Shown one piece after another: positions 55,074 through 64,000 of a stretch of 64,000 nucleotides of DNA. The translations under genes were made by a program, and so were the position numbers. Every line of letters starts with the position of its first letter. Positions within the stretch are counted from its first letter, which is position 1. Under the pieces are notes generated by a model. It ran no database searches. It was not told where the DNA came from and worked only from the letters and a program-made list of their open reading frames with translations. The stretch is from an uncultured bacterium (GTDB lineage Bacteria; Margulisbacteria; WOR-1; CAVSGV01): positions 1 through 64,000 of the forward strand of contig CAVYHE010000008.1 of the NCBI GenBank assembly GCA_963768305.1, read 5' to 3'.

Positions 55074-56302
55074 TTTTTTGCTCCCTGCTTTCTATATATC
55101 GCGTCCGCCATTTTTACGGTCCTTGAAATTTCCGCAACATCATGGACCCTTACCATATCGGCGCCGCTGGCTATTGCCGAAACCACCGTCGCGGCCGTTC
55201 CCTCTGCCCTTTTGTCGGGCGGAAGGTCCAGGATCTTGCCGATGGTCGACTTCCTGGAAGTCCCTATCAATATGGGACATCCCAGGACTTTTAACTCCTT
55301 AAGCCGGCGCAGGATCTCAAGATTATGCTCTACCGTCTTTCCAAAACCGAATCCGGGATCAACTATCATCCTGCCGGCCGGAACGCCATTGGTTATAGCA
55401 AGAGTTATGCTGTTTTGCAAGCAAGAAATTATGTCCGAAATAAGGTCGTCATATACGGGGTTTTCCTGCATTGTTCGGGGATTTCCGAGCATGTGCATGA
55501 GCACGACCGGCACTTTGCGGCGCGCCGCGACTTTCGCTATTTTTCTGTCGGACCTCAGCGCGGATACGTCATTTATCAATGATGCGCCGGCTTTTATCGC
55601 CGCTTCAGCGACAACTGATTTTATCGTGTCTATGGATATGACCGCGCCCTTGATCCCTGAAAGTCCTTTGATGACCGGTATAACCCTTTTGATCTCTTCC
55701 GCCGCGCTGACAGGTGCGGCTCCCGGTCTTGTAGACTCCCCGCCGACATCGATAATGTCCGCGCCGTCCTCGATCATCTTCCTGCCGTGAGCAATGGCAT
55801 CATTAAAATTAACGAACTTTCCGCCGTCGGAAAATGAATCCGGCGTGACGTTCAATATGCCCATGATGTATGTGCGCTTGCCGAAGTCGAATCTTTTCCC
55901 GCCTATCATCATCGGCTTGGGCTGCCGGTCATTGTTCATAAGAGCCTCATCGATACGGACGGCCAATCCTTTCAACCCAAAATATTGTTTCTTGAGTTTT
56001 GAAATGAGATCTTTGAACTGCTGCAGCGTCCCGAAAACAAGGACATCGGTTGTCCTGATCGAATGGTTAATGGTGCCCATCGCCGTTGCCGCGTCCCCTC
56101 CGAAAGAAAGCATATCTTGCTTTATTATGTTCGCCTTGGTCACCGGAACATCTTTGATCTTAACTGTCCTGAATTCCCCTTTCGGCAGCATTATTGAAAT
56201 GCCTTTTTCATGGACCTTCATCCTGCGCATTTCCGCTATCAGACCGTTCTTATCAAGATCAATGACCGATATTAAATTATTTTTATCCGATCGTTCTGGC
56301 AC
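55070..56302 (-). CDS. folP: Dihydropteroate synthase with ~130-aa N-terminal domain
   Basis: MGILNVTPDSFSDGG, GGESTRPG, DPGFGFGK, SRK, RVHDV. Confidence 0.95.
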   Translation of the reverse strand: MPERSDKNNLISVIDLDKNGLIAEMRRMKVHEKGISIMLPKGEFRTVKIKDVPVTKANIIKQDMLSFGGDAATAMGTINHSIRTTDVLVFGTLQQFKDLISKLKKQYFGLKGLAVRIDEALMNNDRQPKPMMIGGKRFDFGKRTYIMGILNVTPDSFSDGGKFVNFNDAIAHGRKMIEDGADIIDVGGESTRPGAAPVSAAEEIKRVIPVIKGLSGIKGAVISIDTIKSVVAEAAIKAGASLINDVSALRSDRKIAKVAARRKVPVVLMHMLGNPRTMQENPVYDDLISDIISCLQNSITLAITNGVPAGRMIVDPGFGFGKTVEHNLEILRRLKELKVLGCPILIGTSRKSTIGKILDLPPDKRAEGTAATVVSAIASGADMVRVHDVAEISRTVKMADAIYRKQGAKK

Positions 56303-57672
56303 TTAACCTTACCACCTTTTTTGTATCTTTCGTGACCTTTGCATCCTCCGACATCCTGTAGCCAACGACCCATACTATCTTTTTGCCGTCGTCGATGACC
56401 GGAATGCTGTCCCTTTTATCTATGTCGACCTTTTCATCAACAAAAATATCCTGAAGCTTTTTCCGCCCTTTCAGGCCGAGGGGCGAGAATGAATCCCCTG
56501 CTCTTCTTCTTCTCACGGTCAAAGGCCCGGATATTTTATCATAATCCAGACAAGCGCGGTTCGGATTTTTCGCTTTCAGGTCTGATATCCCTCTCGAAGG
56601 CAGCAGATCGGCTTCTATCTCAAAGCCCCTTTCCATATCGCTAACAGTGCCCGGTATCGGAAGCGTGAAGGCAAAATCCCGGGATATCGATCTTGCCGGT
56701 TTAGATCTTGATATCAAGAGCTTTCCCTTTTTTATCAGAACATATGCGCCAGGCAGATCTAGCTCGGCTGTTTTTTTATCCTCATTGCCGATAATGCTCT
56801 GGATATGAACGAAAGAAATATCAGCAAGGTCTTTCCTGACATGTTCTATGGCCATTCTTAACACTTCGCCTTTCAAGGACGGGTCGATCACCGAGAATTT
56901 TTTTGCGTCCAGGCCGATGCTTTCACCGCTCTTGAGAACGATAATGCCGTCCAGAGCTTTCTTTGCCTGCTCTTCAATAAAACCATGGACCTTGTTGGCC
57001 GAAGCGATCATCTGAAGCAGAAGTTCTTTGATGTTTTTGTTGTTCTTTTCAAGGGCAGGTATGAGGTCTTTCCTGATCTTGTTCCTCAGATATTTTGTCT
57101 CGAAATTGCTCCTGTCGATCCTGGGAGTTATTTTTTCAGCTCTCAGATATTTTTCAATGTCAGCCCTGTACGATCCGATCAGCGGCCGGATGATCTTACT
57201 CCCTGACAGGCGGGATTCCTTCCATGCCTTTCATCCCTGTTCCTCTTACCATTCGCATCAGCAAAGTTTCGATATTATCGTCCGCGTTATGCGCCACGGC
57301 TATCTTATCCGCGCCGAATTTGACCGCCGCTCTTTCGAGGAACTCATATCTTATACGCCTTGCCGCGTCTTCCAGATTAAGCTTTTTTTGTTTCGCGAAC
57401 GCCGGGACATCGAACTCCTCGACCGCGATGGGGATATTCAATTTTTTTGCGGTTTTCCGCGCGAACGCGGCATCAAGCGCGGCATCCTTTCCTCTTATCA
57501 TATGATTCAAATGCGCAGCGCATAATTTGATGTTCAATCTGCTCTTTAGCGAATTCAATATGTAAAGAAGCGCCGTGGAATCCACGCCGCCTGAGAAAGC
57601 CACAAGGACTTTATCGCCTTTTTCAAGCATGTGATGATCTTGAATGGTTTGCAGGACTTTATCTTCGATCAT
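56283..57672 (-). CDS. tilS: tRNA(Ile)-lysidine synthetase (frameshifted)
   Basis: SGGVDS, AHNADD, RNKIR, C-terminal RRAGD..KKLQDIF. Confidence 0.92.
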
Positions 57673-57685
57673 AAGGAGTTGGGGA

Positions 57686-58036
57686 TCAGAAGTTCTTCTT
57701 TGCCAATTCTGTGACATAAGGGATGTCAAAGTAATCGCCGTTATACGCCCTGAAGCCGCAGTAAAGGGCGTATATCCAGAGCGCGAAAATGAAAATGGAT
57801 GAAAGCGAATCAAGCAGCGCGAAATATATCCCGACCGAATCCAGGAAATTAAGGAGTACCCTTACGCCTATCCACGCTACAAGTATCCCGATCCACATGA
57901 ACATGGCCTGTGTGCCGTGGTAGCCCACGAACGCGTCCTTCCGTTTTTCGGATAATATAATGTATATGGCCGGGAACCCCGCCGCATAAGCGAATCCGGC
58001 AAGTATCCTGTCGTCATTTGTCATGTTCGAATACAT
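57686..58036 (-). CDS. Small membrane protein (DUF4870-like)
   Basis: 3 TM segments; FVGYHGTQA, AYNGDYFDIP. Confidence 0.7.
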   Translation of the reverse strand: MYSNMTNDDRILAGFAYAAGFPAIYIILSEKRKDAFVGYHGTQAMFMWIGILVAWIGVRVLLNFLDSVGIYFALLDSLSSIFIFALWIYALYCGFRAYNGDYFDIPYVTELAKKNF

Positions 58037-58056
58037 TTAAATCTCTCCTTTTCCGG

Positions 58057-58635
58057 TTATTTCGCGGCGATGCCGTTGCCTTCGCTGTTAAGCAGGAGCA
58101 CGGCGGCGGATATCACCGTTGTCCAGACGCCCCTCTGCCCTATCGCGCTTTGCGTTATGTTCGTCGTCTTGACTATCTTGTCGGACAATTTCCAGACTTC
58201 CTGCCTTTCGTCCCAGGAAGAATCCTCGTCAAAAGGAATGCCCTGCGTCGTCGCCAGCATTTGCGCGGCAAGATCTTCCGCGTAATCCCCGCATTCTTCG
58301 TCGGTCAATCCCAGGCCGTGGTGCTCGCTCAGGTATCCGTAAGCGCTGGGATCCGCAGGAAGCGCCATGCCTATCGACGCGGAGATCAGCCGATGCGGTT
58401 CATTCGTGTCGTTCCTGGACATGACCATGAACGTTATCTGCCCGGGAAGTATCATCTTCAGTCCGGCTTCTTTCGTGACCAATTTGCAGTTCGGCGGGAA
58501 AATGCTGGATACCTGAACAAAGTTCACAGCCTGGATGCCCGCGTCCCTTAAAGCCATCTCAAAACTTGAAAGCTTTTCTTTGTGGCGCCCGACGCCTTTT
58601 GTCAAAAATAACCTGTCAGGAACGAACAGACTCAA
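58057..58635 (-). CDS. pdaD: Pyruvoyl-dependent arginine decarboxylase
   Basis: [29 protein letters not shown]. Confidence 0.9.
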   Translation of the reverse strand: MSLFVPDRLFLTKGVGRHKEKLSSFEMALRDAGIQAVNFVQVSSIFPPNCKLVTKEAGLKMILPGQITFMVMSRNDTNEPHRLISASIGMALPADPSAYGYLSEHHGLGLTDEECGDYAEDLAAQMLATTQGIPFDEDSSWDERQEVWKLSDKIVKTTNITQSAIGQRGVWTTVISAAVLLLNSEGNGIAAK

Positions 58636-58679
58636 TTATTGACTCTTCTCCTTTTTCCAATTCAAACTTATAATTTTAC

Positions 58680-58753
58680 TGGCTGGGAGTGGACTCGAAC
58701 CACCGACCGATCGGGTATGAGCCGATTGCTCTAACCAGCTGAGCTACCCAGCC
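58680..58753 (-). tRNA. tRNA-Met(CAT), elongator type
   Basis: ATCGG-CT-CAT-AC-CCGAT; paired 1:72. Confidence 0.9.
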
Positions 58754-58765
58754 ATTGCATATGAC

Positions 58766-59364
58766 CTAAGAATACAATATAAATAATGTCGCGATGCCTT
58801 CCCTGATGAACTTCACCGCGATGGCCGCGATTATTATCGCCATGACCTTCGCGAATATCATCGAACCGGTCTTTCCGATCTTGTCATATATGATATCAGC
58901 CCAATATAAGATAACGCCGCTGATGATGAAATTGATCAGGACCGCAAGCAATGTCAGGACCATGCCGTACATTCCGAGCAGTACAAGCGCGGTCGTTATC
59001 GCGCCCGGCCCCACAAGAAGCGGGCAGCCCAGAGGGACGGCCCCGATATCCTGATGTTTTTTCGCGACCTCGATGATATTGCCCTTTCGTTAAAAGGTTC
59101 AACGCGATCACAAGAAGCAATAACCCGCCGGCTATCTTGAAATCGGCCAGGCTTACCCTGAACAGGTCCAATATGCCGGCGCCGGCAATGGTGAACAAAA
59201 GCAACAGAAGGAACGCGATATAAAGCGCTTCCATGAAAGTATCGTGCCTTTGCCTGCGGCTCATGCCTTCGGTCAAGCCCACGAATACCGGAAGGTTCCC
59301 CAGAGGATCCACGATGATGAACAGCGCGACCACGGCCTGCAAAAGATCGAAAATAAAATTCCAT
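58766..59364 (-). CDS. MarC family membrane protein (frameshifted)
   Basis: IVDPLGNLP, FKIAGG, GPGAIT. Confidence 0.88.
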
Positions 59365-59491
59365 AAGCGTTGGAAATTATACACAAAAGCTGGGCCATTA
59401 TCAAATTTCCTGAACGCTCGAAATTATTTGAAAACATATTGCATGCATCCATTTCTTTGATACAATCCCGTTAAGTTTAAGGAGGATATTT

Positions 59492-59884
59492 ATGGCTGAA
59501 AAAGCAAAAGTTCTCGTAGTGGACGACCACAACGGCGTGCTTGAATCGTTCAAGGAAATCTTGAAGATAAAAGATTACGACGTCGCCGGTTTCCAGTCCG
59601 GAAAAGAAGCCATAGAATCCATGAAGACCACGAAATATGATTTCGCTTTTGTCGACCTGAAGATGCCGGAAATGGACGGCATAGAGGTCCTGAAAAAGAT
59701 AAAAGAGATAGATCCCTCGGTGGAGGTCATCATCGTCACCGCTTACGCTTCCGAAGAATCATTCGCCAACGCGATAACGCTGGGCGCGATGGAATATTTA
59801 AGGAAGCCGTTCTTGATGGGAGAGGTTTACGCCCTTGCTGAAAGGGCTCTCAGGAAAAGAAGAGAAAAAGCTCCGCAGAAATAA
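59492..59884 (+). CDS. Single-domain response regulator (CheY-like)
   Basis: VVDD, DLKMPEMDG, VTAY, KPF. Confidence 0.92.
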   Translation: MAEKAKVLVVDDHNGVLESFKEILKIKDYDVAGFQSGKEAIESMKTTKYDFAFVDLKMPEMDGIEVLKKIKEIDPSVEVIIVTAYASEESFANAITLGAMEYLRKPFLMGEVYALAERALRKRREKAPQK

Positions 59885-61161
59885 TTAATCGATCCCCGCT
59901 CTTATTACGCTGTGAATATGCTTGACCACCGGAAGCTTTGCTATTATCTTTAAGCGCGTCTTGAACGTCTTTTTCCCTGTTCTCGTGAAGAATAATGACT
60001 ATCTGCGCGTATCTGCCTTTTGATTCCCTCTGCACCACTTCCTGAATGCTTATTTTTTTCTTTGAGAAAACCCCCGATATGCGCGCGAGCACGCCGGGAT
60101 TGTCCGGCGCTTCCAAGCGGATATAATACCTGCTGCGGATATCGCCGATATCCTTAATCTTTATTTTCTTTCGCCGGAGGATAATACGGCTCCGCAGCGC
60201 AGCATCCGCCCAAGCTTCCCGCTATCTCAATGACATCAGAAAGTACCGCGGAAGCCGTGGGCAGCCCGCCCGCGCCTTCGCCGTAGAACATCGATTTTCC
60301 TACCGCATCGCCTTTAACGAATACCGCGTTGTAATTATCCGAAACTTCCGCGAGCGGATGGCCCTTTTCCATCAGCGTGGGATGCACTCTAACTTCGATC
60401 TTGTCATTTTCAATCTTGATTATCGCCAGAAGCTTTATGACATATCCTATCTCTTTCGCATAATCGATATCTTCGGCGGAAATGCCGGATATCCCTTCTT
60501 TGTAAATGTCCGCGACATCCACAAAAGAACCGCTGGAGACATAAGCAAGTATCGCCGCTTTATACGCCGCGTCGCTTCCGTCGATGTCCATTTTCGGGTC
60601 CGCTTCCGCAAAGCCCATTTTCTGCGCCTGTTTCAGCGCGGTTTCAAAGCTGATGCCGTCTTTTGTCATTTTTGAGAGGATATAATTCGTGGTCCCGTTG
60701 ACGATGCCGGATATCTCGTTGATCTCGTTCGCCGCGAAACTTTCCCTTATGGCACGAAGTATCGGTATGCCGCCGCAGACGGAAGCTTCGAAGAGGACCT
60801 GAACGCCCGTTTTTTTCGCGGCATCGATTATTTCTTTCCCGTGCTTGGCAATGAGTTCTTTATTGGAAGTGACAACGTGCTTGCCCGATCTGATGGCGGC
60901 AAGAACGAATTGCTTCGCGGGGTTCACTCCGCCGATGGTTTCGATGACGATCGATATCTCGGGATCGTTGATGACATCATAGGCGTTTTTTGTGAAAGCC
61001 GGTCCCGCAATGCTTCTTTTATCGCGGATATCGGATGCTTTTGCAATTTCAAGCTTTATGCCGGTCCTGCGGGCGATGAGGGCGGAGTTCTTCTTAAGCA
61101 CCTTCACGACCGAGGAGCCGACAATTCCCAATCCGATAATGCCTATCTTAACTTTATTCAT
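59885..61161 (-). CDS. hom: Homoserine dehydrogenase with ACT domain (frameshifted)
   Basis: GLGIVG, FEASVCGGIP, NGTTNYIL, AEADP, DNPGVLA. Confidence 0.94.
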
Positions 61162-61197
61162 TGATCCTCACTCTTAACTTACAACTAATAACTGATA

Positions 61198-62144
61198 CTA
61201 ATCAAAAAGAGAGCTTATCGAAAGGTTTTCGTAACTTCTCTTTATCGCTTCACCGAACAGAGGCGCCACGGAGACGACTTTAGCCCGTTGATATTTTTCC
61301 CGGCCATCGGAAGCGTGTCGGTGACAGTGACCTCGGTGAATTTCGCCTTGTTCATTTTCTCCACGGCGCCTCCGGAAAATATCCCGTGCGTTGCGACAAA
61401 ATATATTTCATTGTTGCAGCCCTGTTTCTTCAGAGCTTCCACGCCGCCGGTCGCGGTTCCGGCGGTATCCACCATGTCATCCACGATGATCGGGCTCTTG
61501 CCTTTAACATCGCCCACGACATGCATTATTTCCGCTTTCTGATGTTCCGGCCTTGTCTTATGCAATATTGCCAGCGGCGCATTAAGCCTGTCGCTGAGCT
61601 TTTTCGCGGTCTTCGCCCTGCCGGTATCAGGAGCCACGACGACCGGGTTCTTGATATTTTTCTCCTTTAGATAATTCGCCAGTATCGGCATCGCGGTAAG
61701 ATGATCGACCGGAAGATTAAAATATCCCTGTATCTGGTCGGAGTGCAGGTCCATTGTTATTATCCTGTCTATTCCGGCCGTCGTCAGAAGGTCCGCTATC
61801 AGGCGCGCTGATATCGGCTCGCGGGAAGCGGATTTCTTGTCCTGCCTGGCATATCCGAAATGCGGAATGACCGCTGTAATGTTCTTCGCTGATGCCCTCT
61901 TAAGCGCGTCGATAATAATGAAAAGCTCCATCAGGTCCTCGTTGACCTTTGAGGTGCAGGTCTGGATGACATAAGCGCTCATCCCCCTCACGTTATCAAG
62001 GATCCTGGCGTATATTTCCCCGCCGGAAAATCTGGAGATATTGATGTTCGATAATCCGACGCCGAGGTATTTCGCGATGTTCTTTGAAAGTTCCGGGTGG
62101 GATGTGCCGGCGAATATCTTCATTTCATCATTTTTTGGCGTCAT
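61198..62144 (-). CDS. prs: Ribose-phosphate pyrophosphokinase (C-terminal frameshift)
   Basis: YARQD, DLHSDQIQG, DDMVDTAGT; SD AAGGAGG. Confidence 0.95.
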
Positions 62145-62184
62145 TGGGCCCTCCTTGAAAGAACTTGGGACATCAATGATTATA

Positions 62185-63488
62185 TCAGCTAACCAATTCT
62201 CCCTCAAGAACAAATGGACCTGTGTCCGTTATGCGGACATCGACCAACTTGCCGATCGATCCTTTATTCCCCGCGAATTTGACAAGCTTGTTTCCTCTTG
62301 TGCGCCCGGAAAGTTTACCAAGTTTATCGCGTTCAACCAATACTTCCAGCGCCAGCCCTTTCAATTCCTGGTTTTTTTTCTCCGCCGTTCTCTCCACGAT
62401 ATCCATCAGGCGGTGAAGGCGGTCCGACTTGACTGCATCCGGCGCCTGTCCTTGCATTTTTTCTGCCGGCGTGCCGGGGCGCGGAGAATACGCGAAAGTA
62501 TTTACAACATCAAGCTGTAATTCACTGATCAGATCAAGAGTGCGTTGAAATTGTTCCTCGGTTTCGCCGGGGAATCCGGCAATAGCGTCAGAGGTTATCG
62601 AAGCTTCGGGGATCCTGTCCCTGATCCTCCCGACCAGTCTGCGGTAATGATCGGCGGTATATCCTCTGTTCATCGCTTTCAATATTCCGTCGTCGCCTGA
62701 TTGGAGCGGCAGATGGAAATATTCGCAGACCTTAGGCAAGCTTTTTACAGCATCGATGATCTCATCTGACATATCCCTGCGGATGCGAGGTGAGGAATCG
62801 GAATCCTTTCGATCCCGTCAATCTGATGGACCTTTTCCAATAACTCCCCTAACCCATAACTCTTAACTTTTAACTCTTTCGTTTTATAATTATTCACATT
62901 CTGCCCCAGCAATATCACTTCTTTAAATATCGACTTATCAAGCCCCTTTACTTCATCAATTATTTCCTTCATCGGCCGGCTCATTTCCCTGCCCCTCACA
63001 TACGGAACGACGCAATACGAGCAGAAGTTGTCGCAGCCGGTCATTATGGTGATATAGGCCTGGACCGATGGTTTTCTTTTTGATGTTCCGTGAAGCGGAT
63101 GGTCGCAGGTCCCGACAGAAACGATCCTGTTCCTTTTCTCGATAATTTCATTGATAAGCTGGACGATGCGGCCTTCCTGCGCCGGTCCGGCAATGATGTC
63201 AAAAAATGGAAGTTTTTTAAGGAGTTTTTCTTTGTCTTTTTCAGCGATGCAGCCTATGATGCCGAGTACTTTTTTAGGATCTCGCATTTTAAGCGAAATG
63301 GTTCCGAGCGCGTATCCGATAGCCTTATCTTCCGCCTGCTGCCTTACGCAGCAGGTATTTATCAGGACAATGTTCGCTGATTCAAGGTCGGCCGCCGGCT
63401 CATGCCCCGCGGCTTCCAGAAGCCCGGCGACGGCTTCCGAATCATTTACGTTCATCTGGCAGCCGTAGGTCTTAATGAAGTATTTCAT
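62185..63488 (-). CDS. miaB: tRNA-2-methylthio-i6A synthase (frameshift ~62770)
   Basis: TYGCQMN, GCDNFCSYC, HLPLQSG, GFPGET, TRAM domain. Confidence 0.93.
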
Positions 63489-63547
63489 CGATGTTGATTA
63501 TACTATGTTTGACTATTCAGTGCCGCAAAGCTATAATTTTAAGAACA

Positions 63548-64000
63548 ATGAAAAAGCTCATTATTATATGTATGGTCATCGGCATTGCTGCCGGCCTGGC
63601 GGCGGGCAAGTCGATCGGTCCCCGGTACAAACTCGAAACAATAAAGGTGGGGTGGAAAATGAACGGTCAAAATATGACGATAAAAAGCCCGGCTTTCGTG
63701 AACATGGGAAATTTCCCGGTAAGTTCGACCGCGAGGCAAGGGATAAATCCCGAACTCTTATTCGAAAATATTCCCGCTAATGCGAAAAGTCTTGTCCTGA
63801 TAATGGATGATCCCGACGCTCCTTACGGGACATTCGATCACTGGATATTATTCAATATTTCCCCGAAAATAAAAGATATAAAAGAAGGCAGCATCCCCGC
63901 CGGCGCATTGAAAGGGAAGAATACTGCCGGAACATTAGCAGTATTTAAGCCCCTCTCCGCCTCCCGGAAAAGCGCACCGCTATGTTTTCAATCTTTACGC
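63548..64000 (+). CDS. YbhB/YbcL (PEBP) family protein, frameshifted, cut by window edge
   Basis: LVLIMDDPDAPYGTFDHWIIFNI, HRYVF; TTGACT-17-TATAAT upstream. Confidence 0.85.
   Translation, partial: MKKLIIICMVIGIAAGLAAGKSIGPRYKLETIKVGWKMNGQNMTIKSPAFVNMGNFPVSSTARQGINPELLFENIPANAKSLVLIMDDPDAPYGTFDHWILFNISPKIKDIKEGSIPAGALKGKNTAGTLAVFKPLSASRKSAPLCFQSLR

Noticed and set aside
55900..56302. FolP N-terminal extension as a novelty
   Set aside because: Similar extended FolP proteins occur in other anaerobes to my knowledge; not claimed as new.

Overview
The window is mostly one bacterial chromosome segment from an indel-prone (long-read-type) assembly; many housekeeping genes are split by 1-bp frameshifts. 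Gene content suggests a diderm anaerobe, possibly of the Saganbacteria/Margulisbacteria group (inference only). 1-~1900 is a very error-rich archaeal rpo3-tRNA(Leu)-rpl18e-rpl13-rps9-rpo10 block joined to a truncated bacterial 23S rRNA, most likely a chimera. The 23S gene has its own promoter and no adjacent 16S. Upstream of it is an unusual element: the two halves of a disrupted tRNA-Ala enclose a 58-bp tRNA-derived tandem array, an intact tRNA-Ala(TGC) and a small GIY-YIG nuclease, and palindromes sit in the tRNA loops. 3.3-24 kb is a surface-structure locus: GT-C/GT2 glycosyltransferases and two paralogous TPR-TM-zinc ribbon-ExeA-like ATPases that bracket tRNA-Ile, a repeat-flanked four-helix-bundle gene, a 2656-aa collagen-like fibre protein, Gly-rich and IPT/TIG proteins (one with a T9SS-like C-terminal domain) and a PorV-like protein. 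24-64 kb is core genome (tldD, metF/metV, lysS, coaX, rluD, lgt, lspA, ahcY, ileS, lon, clpXP, tig, 8-tRNA cluster, rdgB, purD, recJ, accB, efp, carAB, trpC, tsaBE, folKP, tilS, pdaD, hom, prs, miaB). Its oddities are a trigger factor lacking the PPIase domain, a split CarB, a FolK with an H1-like tail, two orphan genes sharing a sigma28-like promoter, leaderless promoters, and dispersed heptamer/palindromic repeats.
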